A stretch of 64,000 nucleotides of DNA. Origin: an uncultured Desulfarculus sp. (GTDB taxonomy: Bacteria > Desulfobacterota > Desulfarculia > Desulfarculales > Desulfarculaceae). The position numbers were made by a program, and so were the translations under genes. The number at the start of each line of letters is the position of its first letter. Position 1 is the first letter of the stretch. This document shows, piece by piece, positions 27,236 through 37,704 of the stretch. The stretch is from contig CAXXUK010000002.1 of NCBI GenBank assembly GCA_963665125.2, positions 992,001 through 1,056,000 of the forward strand. The letters are read 5' to 3'. Under the pieces are notes generated by a model. The model worked only from the letters and a program-made list of their open reading frames with translations, was not told the DNA's origin and made no database searches.

Positions 27236-28027
27236 CTATGGGCGGTTTTTGTTGCCGAAAAATGAGTGCATCAGGCGGCGGAAATCAGGGTTTTCCGCCG
27301 CCGCGGCAGTGCTTTTACGTTCTCTGGCCATCTGGTTGTAGAGCCCCCGGACGCGGCCCTTGTTCATCAATTTTTTGGTGGCGACCAGGGCTTGGCCGGA
27401 GTTTTGGGCCAATTCATGGGCCAGGGCCAGAGCATGTTCCAAGGTCCGGCCGGGCTCGGTCAAATGGTTTACCAGGCCAAGTTCTGCGGCCCGCCGGGCG
27501 GGAATGCCTTGATTCAGCAGAAGCATCTCCGAGGCCAGGGGCAGGCCAACCGCCTTGGTCAACAGATGGGTTACGCCTGCGGCGGGTGTCAGGCCCACGC
27601 CCAAAAAACCGGCCACTAGTTTGGCGTCGTTGGCGCACACGGTCAGATCGCTGCACAGGACCCAGGCCAGGCCCGCGCCCGATGCCGCGCCCTCAACCGC
27701 GCAGATGGTGGCCTGGGGCATGTTCAGCATGGTGTGAACAGCCTGGTGGACATGGCCGGTGTAGCTCCAGAATACTTCTCCGGCGCCTTCATGGGGGTGT
27801 TGTTGCAAATGACGCCAGGCCCGCTTGAGGTTGCCGCCCGCGCAGAAAACACCGCCCGCGCCGGTGATGACCGCCACGCGCAGGGAACCATCGGCCGACA
27901 CCGCCCCCAGGGCGTCAACAAATTGCGGACCCATGTCCTGGTCCATGGCGTTGAAATCCCGGGGGTTGTCCAAGGTCACCAGGGCCACCGCGCCGCGGCG
28001 TTCAAGATGTACTTTGGCATTGGCCAA
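27236..28027 (-). CDS. Enoyl-CoA hydratase/isomerase family protein
   Basis: VITGAGGVFCAGGNL, AVEGAASGAG, AAELGLVN; start uncertain. Confidence 0.85.
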   Translation of the reverse strand: MANAKVHLERRGAVALVTLDNPRDFNAMDQDMGPQFVDALGAVSADGSLRVAVITGAGGVFCAGGNLKRAWRHLQQHPHEGAGEVFWSYTGHVHQAVHTMLNMPQATICAVEGAASGAGLAWVLCSDLTVCANDAKLVAGFLGVGLTPAAGVTHLLTKAVGLPLASEMLLLNQGIPARRAAELGLVNHLTEPGRTLEHALALAHELAQNSGQALVATKKLMNKGRVRGLYNQMARERKSTAAAAENPDFRRLMHSFFGNKNRP

Positions 28028-28218
28028 GGTGCGCTCCCTGTGCAATGGCCCGGCGCGGGAACCGCAAAGGATTCGGCCGCCGCCGTTGGCCAACCAAGGC
28101 AAAGGATATCACAGATTGCCACACCCAAAATACCCAGGCAAGGGCCGAGGCTTGACCTTGGCCATTCATGCGGATAGATTTTAATTATAAACATGCAATT
28201 CATCGTTGGAGAATCGCC

Positions 28219-29052
28219 TTGGACCCCAAAACCCTGACAGAGGTCCTGGACCTGCTAAGTATGCCCCAGGCCTTCAGCCGCAACCAAAACCTCGCAAGAT
28301 TCAGCGGGGACGCGGGAAAACGCGTTTGGCGGCTGTACAGGGTTTATCTTTCCCTGCTGCGCGACCTGGAAAGGGCCGTCGGCGAGCCGGAGACAATGGT
28401 TTCGGCCCGCGGCAACGGCAAGGGCAACGGCCTGCGCATCGAGATGGCCAACCACAAGCTGCACTGGCGGCGGATCAACGTTGTGCCCCAGGCTCTTGTC
28501 CCGCTTTTTCGGGAGCGCCTGGGACGGCCTTTGCCTGGTGGAAAACCTGTGAGCGTCCCATCCCTGGTCGATGAAATTCTGGAAGTCGTCGACGAAAACG
28601 ACAACGTGGTGGGAACGGCCCGCCGGGGCGACATCCACGCCCAGGGCCTATTGCACCGGGCGGCCCATGTGCTGGTGTTCGACCAACGCGGTCGCCTGTA
28701 CCTGCAAAAACGCTCCATGAACAAAGACACCCATCCCGGCAAGTGGACCACCTCGGCCAGCGGCCATGTGGACCCTGGAGAGGACTACCAGAGCGCCGCC
28801 AGGCGGGAACTGGCCGAGGAACTGGGCCTGGAACTGGATATCGATTTTGTAGGCCTGATCAAAGCCTGCCCAGGCACCGAAGGGGAGTTCACGACCGTGT
28901 ACAGGGCCGTGACAAACAAAGAGCCACGGCCCAATCCCGAGGAAATAAGCCGTGGCGAGTTTTTCGAATTGAGTGAGGCGCGGCGCCTGGCCGCTGACAA
29001 GACCAAGGCCGCGCCGTGTCTGGAATTGGTTATTAAACTGCTGCCGGTTTGA
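28219..29052 (+). CDS. NUDIX hydrolase (Idi/YfcD-like) with a fused N-terminal hypothetical domain
   Basis: HRAAHV..F, QKRS..K..HPG.W, GHVDPGE...AARRELAEELG; NUDIX part begins about 28548. Confidence 0.75.
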   Translation: MDPKTLTEVLDLLSMPQAFSRNQNLARFSGDAGKRVWRLYRVYLSLLRDLERAVGEPETMVSARGNGKGNGLRIEMANHKLHWRRINVVPQALVPLFRERLGRPLPGGKPVSVPSLVDEILEVVDENDNVVGTARRGDIHAQGLLHRAAHVLVFDQRGRLYLQKRSMNKDTHPGKWTTSASGHVDPGEDYQSAARRELAEELGLELDIDFVGLIKACPGTEGEFTTVYRAVTNKEPRPNPEEISRGEFFELSEARRLAADKTKAAPCLELVIKLLPV

Positions 29053-29815
29053 TTCCGGCCATGAACCGGGAAATGGCTTCGGTGACCGCCTCAGGCTGCT
29101 CCACGGAGGCCATGTGGCCGGCGTCTTCTACGATCGCCAACTGGCAATCGGGCAGCTTGTCCACCAGGAATTGGCTGTATTTCAGCGGTGTCAGGCGGTC
29201 GTCGGCGCCCACCAAGGCCAGGGCGGGGAGCTTGATTTCACCCAGCCGGGGAATCACGTCGAAATTGTCGCAGGCCGTGAAGTCGCCGATGGGCACCTCC
29301 GGCGGCACCTGGAGCATCCTGTCAATGCCCTGCTGGACCAGCTTTCGGTCGGTTTTATCGGAATATGAAAAAGCCAGGCCGTTTTTGGTGTGGGCCACGT
29401 AATCTTCTTTCATGCCGCTGAGTATCTCCGGCATTACGCGCAGGCGGGCTCCGCTGCCCAGGCAGATCAGGCCGCTGATCAAATCCGGGCGGTCCAGGGC
29501 GATCTGCAGGGCGATGGCGCCGCCCAGGGAGTGGCCCAACACCACCGGCCGCACGGGACCGGCTTCCAGGAACGTGGCCAACCAGGCGGTGTAGGCGGGT
29601 ACGCGGTCCATGGAAGGGCCCGGGGTGTCCCCGTGGCCGGGCAGGTCGATGGCCGCGGCGTTGACCCTGCCCTCCAGGCCGTTAACCTGCATGCGGAACA
29701 GTTCCTTGTAACCGCCCGAACCGTGAATCATCAGCAGGCTGGGCAGTTGAGGGTCAAATGGTTTGCGGCAGTGGATCAGACCGGCGTTGACTTTGGATGT
29801 GTGTTGATCCCACAT
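29033..29815 (-). CDS. Alpha/beta hydrolase
   Basis: IHGSGG, DLPGHG, GHSLGG, DAGH. Confidence 0.9.
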   Translation of the reverse strand: MWDQHTSKVNAGLIHCRKPFDPQLPSLLMIHGSGGYKELFRMQVNGLEGRVNAAAIDLPGHGDTPGPSMDRVPAYTAWLATFLEAGPVRPVVLGHSLGGAIALQIALDRPDLISGLICLGSGARLRVMPEILSGMKEDYVAHTKNGLAFSYSDKTDRKLVQQGIDRMLQVPPEVPIGDFTACDNFDVIPRLGEIKLPALALVGADDRLTPLKYSQFLVDKLPDCQLAIVEDAGHMASVEQPEAVTEAISRFMAGIKPAAV

Positions 29816-29996
29816 ATCGGCTCCCGAGGTTGATTAGTTTCACAATCGGATATACAGTTTCAATAGCTTAACATATTGCCTGCCCCGGCCGTCAGGCCAA
29901 AAGGCCGTGTTTGGAAAACGGCCGTTTTTGCCATGCGCGGCAAAAAAGAACCACACTGAACAGGTAAAAAGGCGCACTGTTGTTGGATTGGGCAAA

Positions 29997-30683
29997 ATGA
30001 CACAACAAGCAAACACGGACAAATCTAAGGACAGGAGCAGGCGGGACCCGGCCGCGACCCGTGAAAAAATCCTTGCCGCCGCTGAAAAACTTTTCAGCCG
30101 CAAGGGGTACGCCGGCGTCTCCATGAGCGAAATAGCCGCCAAAGGCAAGGTGACCCAGAGCCTGATTCACCACTATTTCGGATCAAAGGAAGGCCTGTTC
30201 CTGGAGGTCATGCGGCGTCACCTGGTGCGGGTGGGCAAGTACGGCATAAAGCACCTGGAAGCCTCATTGGCCGGTGGTGACTTCGTGGAAAAGGGGCTGG
30301 CCGAATATTTCCACATGCTCGGCGAAGATCCGCTGCTGGTGCGCATGGGCGCCTGGTTCACCATGTTCTTTTTGGAAAACCCGAACTCCGTGCGGGAGAT
30401 CGAAAGCGGCGATCCGGAAGAGGACGCCCATCAAAAATATGTGTTCGATATGTGCAAGCGCATGGTCGAGGCCATGAGCGGGATGCAGAAAAAAGGAGCC
30501 CTGCGCGACGACATTGATCCCGCCGCTTTGCTGATGGTCATGTTCTCGGCCATCGAACACTGGCACGCGGCCAAAAACCGCCTGCTGCGCCGTTTGCCCG
30601 CCGAGATGGTCGCCCACCTGGACGACGAAACCTACCTCGACACAATGACCAAGGTTTTCATCATGGGTTCCAAGCCCCGCTAA
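29997..30683 (+). CDS. TetR/AcrR regulator
   Basis: ILAAAEKLFSRKGY...IHHYFGSKEGL. Confidence 0.9.
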   Translation: MTQQANTDKSKDRSRRDPAATREKILAAAEKLFSRKGYAGVSMSEIAAKGKVTQSLIHHYFGSKEGLFLEVMRRHLVRVGKYGIKHLEASLAGGDFVEKGLAEYFHMLGEDPLLVRMGAWFTMFFLENPNSVREIESGDPEEDAHQKYVFDMCKRMVEAMSGMQKKGALRDDIDPAALLMVMFSAIEHWHAAKNRLLRRLPAEMVAHLDDETYLDTMTKVFIMGSKPR

Positions 30684-30909
30684 TGCGAATTGGGCATCCG
30701 GTGCGCCGCAGCCGAAAAAAATAATCACGGCTTCGTCCGTTTATTGCGCCCAAGGCGATTAAAAATTGTAATAATTTTGTAGTTGTCCAGAAAACCATGC
30801 GGCACGGCGATTCCGGGGGGATGCCGCACCTGTCCGTGAGCCTCTTTCTCCCCAGGAATTCGATGCGCGGTAATGTGCTTCATTTTTTACCTTACACGGG
30901 AGCATCCTG

Positions 30910-31332
30910 ATGAAAGTAAAAAGCGTGTTGTTGTCCGCCGGTCTTTTACTCTTGGCGATTGTCTTGTCGGGGCTTGCCGGAACGGCTCATGCCGAGTCAT
31001 GCGACGGCTGCACGGTAAAGATCAAGAACATCGTAGAGTACAATGTCTACATAACCTTGGACTATTCTCCCAGCGGCAGCGAGACCAAGGGGCCACTGGG
31101 CCAATACCAAACAGTTACATTCAGCGTGCCCGCCGGTAAATGTCCTTTGCGGCTGCGGGGGTGGGTGGATGTAAGCGGCACTCGATACAACATAGCGGGC
31201 CGTTGTCTTGGCTGTGCCAACCAGGGGGAAAACGAAATCAATCCCGATTGCAGTCAGCCGCTGTGCGACAGCGCGGCATATTGCGTCAGCGGTTCGAAGC
31301 GAACCGGATTCAGATTCAGCGGCTATTTTTAA
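30910..31332 (+). CDS. Small secreted cysteine-rich protein
   Basis: Signal peptide ending AHA; 8 Cys in mature part. Confidence 0.65.
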   Translation: MKVKSVLLSAGLLLLAIVLSGLAGTAHAESCDGCTVKIKNIVEYNVYITLDYSPSGSETKGPLGQYQTVTFSVPAGKCPLRLRGWVDVSGTRYNIAGRCLGCANQGENEINPDCSQPLCDSAAYCVSGSKRTGFRFSGYF

Positions 31333-31368
31333 TAACGGGCTATCCCGCTTTTGCAACTCCGCCGATGC

Positions 31369-31410
31369 GAAAAAAAACCGGGCGGCGCCTTTGCAAGCGC
31401 CGCCCGGTTT
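31369..31410. terminator. Bidirectional terminator
   Basis: A8-CCGGGCGGCGC-loop-GCGCCGCCCGG-TTT between convergent genes. Confidence 0.75.
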
Positions 31411-31436
31411 ATTAGGCAATTTGTCCTATCGACGAA

Positions 31437-32396
31437 TTAACCCAGCTTCTTGACCTCTTCGGTCAGAGCGGGGACTACGTCGAACAGGTCGCCCACCACG
31501 CAGTAGTCGGCCTTGCCGTGGATGGGGGCGTCGGGGTCTTTGTTGATGGCAACGATGACCTTGGACGAGCCCATGCCGGCCAGGTGCTGGATGGCGCCGC
31601 TGATGCCGCAGGCGATGTACAGGTTGGGGGTGACGACCTTGCCGGTCTGGCCAACCTGGTCGGTATGATGACGCCAACCGGCGTCCACGGCGGAGCGGGA
31701 AGCGCCGACAGCCGCGCCGAGCAGGTCTGCCAGGTCTTCCAGGATCTTGAAGTTTTCGCCGTCTTTCATGCCGCGGCCACCGGAAACGATGACGTTGGCC
31801 TCGGTGAGGTCGATCTTGCCGCCTTCTTCAACCAGAGCCTCGACAACCTTGGTCTTGACCTCGCCGGGATCGGCGCTGATGGTCTCGACAGCAGCTTCGC
31901 CGCCGACTTCGACAACGTCAAAGACGTTGGGGCGCAGGCTGGCGATGGCCGGGCTGGCGTTGATGACGATGTCGGCGAAAACTTTACCGGCATAGATCGG
32001 GCGGGTAGCCTTGAGCTTGCCACCATCGACGGCCAGGGCGGTGCAGTCAACGGCAACGCTGGTGTCGAGTTTGGCGGCCAGGCGACCGGCCAGGTCTTTA
32101 CCCTGCATGGAGGCGCCCATCAGGACCACGTCGGCATCGGCCAGAATGCCGGCCAAGGCGTTGGCGTATGCATCGGTGGTATAGGTGGCGAAGGCCTCGT
32201 TGTCAGCGTACAGAACTTTGGCCACGCCGTATTTGCCCAAAGCGGCGCAAGCGTCGGCCATGCCGGAGCCCAGGGCCACTACGGTCACATCGGTGCCCAG
32301 CTCGTCGGCCACTTTTTTCGCGGCGCTGGCAGCTTCAAAGGTGACTTTTCGGAACTCGCCGTCCCGTTGTTCGGCGATTACGTAAACACCTGCCAT
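31437..32396 (-). CDS. etfA: Electron transfer flavoprotein alpha subunit
   Basis: [36 protein letters not shown]. Confidence 0.96.
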   Translation of the reverse strand: MAGVYVIAEQRDGEFRKVTFEAASAAKKVADELGTDVTVVALGSGMADACAALGKYGVAKVLYADNEAFATYTTDAYANALAGILADADVVLMGASMQGKDLAGRLAAKLDTSVAVDCTALAVDGGKLKATRPIYAGKVFADIVINASPAIASLRPNVFDVVEVGGEAAVETISADPGEVKTKVVEALVEEGGKIDLTEANVIVSGGRGMKDGENFKILEDLADLLGAAVGASRSAVDAGWRHHTDQVGQTGKVVTPNLYIACGISGAIQHLAGMGSSKVIVAINKDPDAPIHGKADYCVVGDLFDVVPALTEEVKKLG

Positions 32397-32440
32397 ATCT
32401 CAAACTCTCCCTTCGAGAGAAAAAAGTCGATTAAATCCTG

Positions 32441-33211
32441 CTAGATAACCTTGGCTTGCTCGCGCAGGGCCTTGGCCAGGTTGGTGGCCAGCTGGCCGGC
32501 GTCCTCGCCTTCGATCTTCATACCGGCGGCGCGCTCGGGCGGCGGAGTGATGGCGACGATCTCGGCAAAGCCGGCGCCGTCGACACCCAGGTCGGCCAGG
32601 CTCTTGGTCTCCAGAGGCTTCTTCTTGGCCTTCATGATGCCGGGCAGCGAAGCGTAGCGCGGCTCGTTGAGGCCCTTCTGGCAGGTGATGACCGCGGGCA
32701 GCGAGGACTCGATGACCAGGGTCTGGCCTTCCACCGGACGCTGCACGGTGACTTTGTCATCGGCCAGGTCCAGCTTGTTCACCACGGACAGCTGAGGCAT
32801 GCCCAGGAACTCGGCCAGGGCCGAACCCACGATGCCGGCGTCGTCGTCGATGGCGCGCTGGCCAAGGAAGATGATTTCGGGCGCGATGTCTTTGATGGCG
32901 GCGGCCAGGATCTTGGCGATGGCGATAGGATCGGCGCCGTAAAGGCCGTCATCCTGAACCAGCACTGCCTGATCGGCGCCCATGGCCAGGGCGGTGCGCA
33001 GGGCCTCGGTGACCCGCTTGGGGCCTACGCCGACCACGGTAACCTTGGCCTTGTTGGCTTTTTGGAAGCGCAGGGCTTCCTCGACGGCGAACTCGTCATA
33101 GGGGTTCATTACCCACTTAATGTCGTCGGTGCTGATGGATTTGCCATCGGCAGCGATTTTGATTGCCGTCTCGGTGTCCGGAACTTGTTTGATGCAGACA
33201 ACGATATTCAC
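32441..33211 (-). CDS. etfB: Electron transfer flavoprotein beta subunit
   Basis: VCIKQVPD, NPYDEFAVEEA, NEPRYASLPGIMKAKKK. Confidence 0.96.
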   Translation of the reverse strand: MNIVVCIKQVPDTETAIKIAADGKSISTDDIKWVMNPYDEFAVEEALRFQKANKAKVTVVGVGPKRVTEALRTALAMGADQAVLVQDDGLYGADPIAIAKILAAAIKDIAPEIIFLGQRAIDDDAGIVGSALAEFLGMPQLSVVNKLDLADDKVTVQRPVEGQTLVIESSLPAVITCQKGLNEPRYASLPGIMKAKKKPLETKSLADLGVDGAGFAEIVAITPPPERAAGMKIEGEDAGQLATNLAKALREQAKVI

Positions 33212-33274
33212 TTAAAACCCCTCCTTTGTATCGGGCAAGCTCCTCAAGCTCCCCTCAATTTGGACTGGCGAAAT

Positions 33275-33874
33275 TTATGCTGCCATCATGCCGCGCAGGA
33301 ATATGCTGCTTATATCCTGAACAGCCTTGGCGATGGAGTACTTTCGTACTTCGGAAAGCACCCAGTAACGGCTCATTTCGTCCAGCGCCCCGAAAAAGGC
33401 CCGTTTGGCAATCCCCGGCTCGATATCCTGCCGGAAGATGCCTTTTTGCTGGCCCTCGCGGATGATGGCACTGATTATGTTAAGGTATTCCAAAAATTTT
33501 TCGTTCTTGTATTCCTTCATGAACTTGGAGGACTGCCGCACTTCAACCTGGATGATCTCGGACAGGGCCTGGTGATCCTTGACCAGATTGAGGTGCACCT
33601 CGGCGAATCGCTCCAGTTTTTTCACCGGATCGGTTTCCTTGGCCAGCTCTCCATATATGGCGTCCAGGACGTTGGAGAGCTCCTCCTCGAACAGAGAAAT
33701 AAGAATGTCATCTTTATTTTCGAAATACAAGTATATTGTCCCGTCAGCCACGTTGGCTTCCCGGGCTATCTCACTTACCTTGGAATTGTAGAAGCCGTTT
33801 TTAGCGAATACTTTTACCGCGGCTTCGATAATCCTTCGGTGTTTATCGCTAGAGCTTCGTTTTTGATGCTTCAA
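33275..33874 (-). CDS. TetR-family fatty-acid degradation regulator (Bacillus FadR/YsiA-like)
   Basis: IAREANVADGTIYLYFENKDDILISLF, EVRQS; upstream of etfBA. Confidence 0.85.
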   Translation of the reverse strand: MKHQKRSSSDKHRRIIEAAVKVFAKNGFYNSKVSEIAREANVADGTIYLYFENKDDILISLFEEELSNVLDAIYGELAKETDPVKKLERFAEVHLNLVKDHQALSEIIQVEVRQSSKFMKEYKNEKFLEYLNIISAIIREGQQKGIFRQDIEPGIAKRAFFGALDEMSRYWVLSEVRKYSIAKAVQDISSIFLRGMMAA

Positions 33875-33923
33875 GATTTTCAGACCTCATAGCGGTAGGC
33901 GTCAACAGGCTTTGGGCAAATTA

Positions 33924-33943
33924 TTGAATGATGCCTCATTCAA
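33924..33943. promoter_or_regulatory. FadR(YsiA)-type operator
   Basis: Palindrome TTGAATGA-TGCC-TCATTCAA just downstream of a minus-strand TTGACA-N17-TAGAGC promoter (33949-33977). Confidence 0.75.
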
Positions 33944-34082
33944 AAGATGCTCTAGCACGGAGCCGGTCGTGTGTCAATGGCTTTTTCACCTGGCACACCT
34001 ACCGTCATAACAATGTGGGCCTGCGGTATCTAGGCAATATACATACAGAAGGGTGGCGTGACAAGTGAAGATTGAGGGGGAT

Positions 34083-35081
34083 TCAGCGTCTCCTGAACTT
34101 ATTGATAGCGTTTATCTGCTCCCGGTAGGTTTTGCTGAATTTATGACCGCCGTCGCCTTTGGCCACAAAGAATAAATAATCCACTTGGGCCGGGTTCAGG
34201 GCCGCCTCCAGGCTGGCCAGGCCGGGGTTGCAGATGGGGCCCGGCGGCAGGCCGAAATGAATATAGGTGTTGTAGGGCGTGTCGATGTGCAGGTCCCGGC
34301 GGTTCAAGGGGCGGTCCAGGCCGCCCAAGCCGTAGATGACCGTGGGGTCGGCCTCCAGGCGCATGCCTTTTTTGATGCGGTTGTGGTACACCGCGCTGAC
34401 CAGGGGCCTTTCCCCGGCCAGGCGAGCCTCGGCTTCAACGATGCTGGCCATGATTACCGTCTGGCGCAGGTCCAGGCCCGTGCCGCCGCCGGTCTGCAAT
34501 GCCTTTTGCCAGGCCTGCTTGAAACGCTGGACCAACTCGCCCAGGACCCGCCGTTCTCCCAGGCCCTTGGCCAGGTGATACGTCTCCGGGAACAGGTATC
34601 CCTCCAGGGTGGGACCGGGTAGATCCAGGGACCGGACAAAAGATTCATCCCGGCACAGGGCCAGGGCCTTGGCCTTGTCGATGACACCGGCCTGGGCCAG
34701 ACGGTCGATGGCCTCGGCCATGGTCAGGCCCTCGGGCAGCACCACCGTGTGCAACAGCACCTTGCCCGAGCGCAGGTCTTGGAGCAGCCCGGCGATGGTC
34801 TGCCTGCCGCTGAGCTTGAACTCGCCGGCGTGGATGTGGCCGTCTTCGTTGGTCAGGCGGGCGGCGACGACCAGCATCATGGGTTTGTCCAGCACACCGG
34901 CCTGGTTCAAGATGGCCGCCACGGCGCGCACGCTGGAGCCCCTGGGGATATTCACCACGGCCTCGTTGCCGGCGGCCCCGGCCCTGGCGTTCAAGACGTA
35001 GGCCTTGCCGCCGAACCAGCCGGCCACGGCCAATACGATTAGCAGCCCAACGATAGCGCCCGCGATGATCCAGCGTTTCAT
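34083..35081 (-). CDS. mltG: Endolytic transglycosylase MltG
   Basis: LEGYLFPETY, ASIVEAEA, DPTVIY, PYNTY...GLPPGPICNPG. Confidence 0.93.
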   Translation of the reverse strand: MKRWIIAGAIVGLLIVLAVAGWFGGKAYVLNARAGAAGNEAVVNIPRGSSVRAVAAILNQAGVLDKPMMLVVAARLTNEDGHIHAGEFKLSGRQTIAGLLQDLRSGKVLLHTVVLPEGLTMAEAIDRLAQAGVIDKAKALALCRDESFVRSLDLPGPTLEGYLFPETYHLAKGLGERRVLGELVQRFKQAWQKALQTGGGTGLDLRQTVIMASIVEAEARLAGERPLVSAVYHNRIKKGMRLEADPTVIYGLGGLDRPLNRRDLHIDTPYNTYIHFGLPPGPICNPGLASLEAALNPAQVDYLFFVAKGDGGHKFSKTYREQINAINKFRRR

Positions 35082-35515
35082 ATGATGTCCTCGCGCATTC
35101 CGTCCAGCCAGCGCCGCAGGATCAGGGCCGCGGCTATCTTGTCCACCACCTCGGCCCGTCGCTTGCGGCTCAGGTCGGCCTCCAGCATGGACTCGTTGGC
35201 CTCGATGGTTGTGTCTTCCTCGTTGGTGAACTGCACCGGCAGCCCCAGGCGGCGGTGCAGCCGCTTGCCCAGGCTGATGGCTTTTTGGGCCGATTCACCC
35301 CGTTGCCCGTTGTGCAGGGGCAGGCCCAGCACCAAAAGCCCCGCCCCCTGCTCGGCGGCCAGCTTGGCGATGGCCTCCACGTCGGCGTCGCGGTTGCGGC
35401 GCTCCAACACGCACAGGGGCTGTGCCGTGGTCCCGGCGTCGTCGGTCACGGCCACCCCGATGCGGGCCCGGCCCACGTCCAGGGCCATTACTTTGGGTAG
35501 TGGGCTTTCAGTCAT
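35078..35515 (-). CDS. ruvX: Pre-16S rRNA nuclease YqgF/RuvX
   Basis: MALDVGRARIGVAVTD, VLGLP, VDKIAAALIL. Confidence 0.9.
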   Translation of the reverse strand: MTESPLPKVMALDVGRARIGVAVTDDAGTTAQPLCVLERRNRDADVEAIAKLAAEQGAGLLVLGLPLHNGQRGESAQKAISLGKRLHRRLGLPVQFTNEEDTTIEANESMLEADLSRKRRAEVVDKIAAALILRRWLDGMREDII

Positions 35516-35541
35516 GATTGGTTATTATAGTGTGTAAGACA

Positions 35542-35702
35542 CTATAAGGCTGTTTAAAAACAGCCTTATAGGCGGGCCAGGGAAGGCACGCCTATTTGCG
35601 CGTTTTTATAAAAACGCGCAAATAGAGCTACTTGGCAAGACCATGCTTTTGCCAGGTAGCGGTTGAAAAAATCCTGGACGGACTTTTTCAACAAACTGCT
35701 AG
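35542..35702 (-). mobile_element. 161-bp multi-hairpin MITE-like element, copy B
   Basis: Reverse complement aligns end to end with 21835-21994. Confidence 0.7.
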
Positions 35703-35793
35703 TGGCAAGGCTAGCTTCTTGACGCGAGGCATCTGGCTTTATAGTCTTAGCCATTCGTTTGATTAATACGGCTGATCCGAAAGAGGACGCGCA

Positions 35794-37698
35794 ATGAAGC
35801 AACTTGTCCTGGGCACGGCGGGCCACATCGACCACGGAAAGACTACCCTGGTCAAGGCCCTGACAGGCACCGACACCGACAGGCTCAAGGAAGAAAAGGC
35901 CCGCGGCATCACCATCGAGCTGGGCTTCGCCTTTCTGGACCTGCCCTCGGGCCAGCGCCTGGGCATTGTCGACGTGCCGGGCCATGAAAAATTCGTCAAG
36001 AACATGGTGGCCGGCGCGGCGGGCATCGACATGGTGGCCCTGGTCATCGCCGCCGACGAGGGGGTGATGCCCCAGACCAGGGAGCATCTGGACATCTGCA
36101 AGCTCCTGGGCGTGCCCACCGGCCTGGTGGTCCTGACCAAGGCCGACATGGTCGATGAGGATTGGCTGGAGTTGGTCACCGACGACGTGCACGAATATGT
36201 CCAGGGCACGTTCCTGGAAGACGCGGCCATAATCCCCGTCTCCGGCGTCACCGGCCAGGGCATCGACGATTTGCTGGCCGAGTTGGACCGCCTGGCCGCA
36301 GATCTGGAGGAGCGCCCGGCCAGGGGGCCGTTCCGTTTGCCCGTGGACCGGGTGTTCACCATGAAGGGCTTCGGCACCGTGGTCACCGGCACGGCCATCG
36401 GCGGCAAGGTGGCCGTGGGCGACGAACTGGAGGTCTACCCCAGGAGCGTCCGGGCCAAGGTTCGGGGCCTGCAGGTCCACGGCCAGGAGACCAAGGAGGC
36501 CCGGCGGGGCCAGCGCACGGCCGTCAACCTGCAAGGCGTGGACAAGGACGAGATCGGCCGGGGCGACGTGCTCTCCGACCCCGGCGTGCTGCGGCCCAGC
36601 ATGTGGCTGGACGTGGAGGTGAAAACCCTGGACGACATGCCCCGGCCCATCAAACACCGGGCTCCCATCCGCCTTCACACCGGCACGGTGGAGATCATCG
36701 GCCGCATTCACTTTCTGGACCGCGACGCCCTGGGACCGGGTGAGGAGGCCCTTTGCCAGGTGCGCCTGGAAGAGCCCGTGGCCGTCATGGCCAGGGACCG
36801 CTTCGTGATCCGCTCGTATTCGCCGGTGGAGACCATTGCCGGCGGCAGGGTCCTGCACCCGCACCCCTGGCGGCACAAGCGCAACCGGCCTGAGATCATG
36901 GCCGACCTGGAGACCCTGAAAAACGGCGTGGACCGCGACCTTGTGGCCGTGCACGCCCGCCTGGCCGGGGACCAGGGCATCACCAAAAACGATCTGGTGC
37001 GCCTGACCAGCCTGTCTGAAAAAGACTTGGAAAAGCTGCTGGCCGACATGCTGACCAAGCAGGAGCTATTGCGCTTTGACAAGGAATCGGGCCAAATGCT
37101 GGCCGTGGAGGTGCAGCAGGCTCTATTGGAAGAGGCCGTGGAGCTGCTGGGCGCCTATCACCAGGCCAACCCGCTCAAACCTGGCATGCCCAGGGAGGAA
37201 CTGCGGGGCCGCCTGTCCAGGGGCATCGAACCAAAACTGTTCGGCTTTTTGCTGAAAAAGCTAGAGGCCGAAGACCTGGCCGTGACCGAAAAAGAGATCG
37301 TGCGCCTGCCGGGACACAAGGTCCGCCTGGCCGCCGACGACGAGGCCATGCGCAAGACCCTGATGGACGCCTTCACCAGCGGCGGATTGACCCCGCCGAC
37401 CCTGCGTGAGCTTCAGGAAAACCGCGACAAGGCCCAGGTTAACGAGATGCTGGGCGTGCTGGTCAACGACGGCCAGCTGGTCAAGATCAAGCAGGACCTC
37501 TATTATCACGCGCCGGTTTTGGAAAAGATCAAGGGCCAGCTTGTGGATTACCTGCGGGCCAATGAACGCATCGGGGCCAAGGAGTTCAAGGAACTCACCG
37601 GCCTTACCCGCAAATACCTGATTCCGCTGTTGGAATACTTTGACACGTCCAAGGTGACCATGCGGGTGGGCGACGAGCGCATCCTGCGGGGCGGCTAG
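35794..37698 (+). CDS. selB: Selenocysteine-specific elongation factor
   Basis: GTAGHIDHGKT, RGITIELGFA, DVPGHEKFV, C-terminal LTRKYLIPLLEYFD. Confidence 0.96.
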   Translation: MKQLVLGTAGHIDHGKTTLVKALTGTDTDRLKEEKARGITIELGFAFLDLPSGQRLGIVDVPGHEKFVKNMVAGAAGIDMVALVIAADEGVMPQTREHLDICKLLGVPTGLVVLTKADMVDEDWLELVTDDVHEYVQGTFLEDAAIIPVSGVTGQGIDDLLAELDRLAADLEERPARGPFRLPVDRVFTMKGFGTVVTGTAIGGKVAVGDELEVYPRSVRAKVRGLQVHGQETKEARRGQRTAVNLQGVDKDEIGRGDVLSDPGVLRPSMWLDVEVKTLDDMPRPIKHRAPIRLHTGTVEIIGRIHFLDRDALGPGEEALCQVRLEEPVAVMARDRFVIRSYSPVETIAGGRVLHPHPWRHKRNRPEIMADLETLKNGVDRDLVAVHARLAGDQGITKNDLVRLTSLSEKDLEKLLADMLTKQELLRFDKESGQMLAVEVQQALLEEAVELLGAYHQANPLKPGMPREELRGRLSRGIEPKLFGFLLKKLEAEDLAVTEKEIVRLPGHKVRLAADDEAMRKTLMDAFTSGGLTPPTLRELQENRDKAQVNEMLGVLVNDGQLVKIKQDLYYHAPVLEKIKGQLVDYLRANERIGAKEFKELTGLTRKYLIPLLEYFDTSKVTMRVGDERILRGG

Positions 37699-37704
37699 GG
37701 CCGC

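Noticed and set aside
35794..37698. Selenoprotein or UGA read-through genes near selB
   Set aside because: No neighbouring gene shows an in-frame TGA truncating a recognisable domain; selA and selC are not in the window
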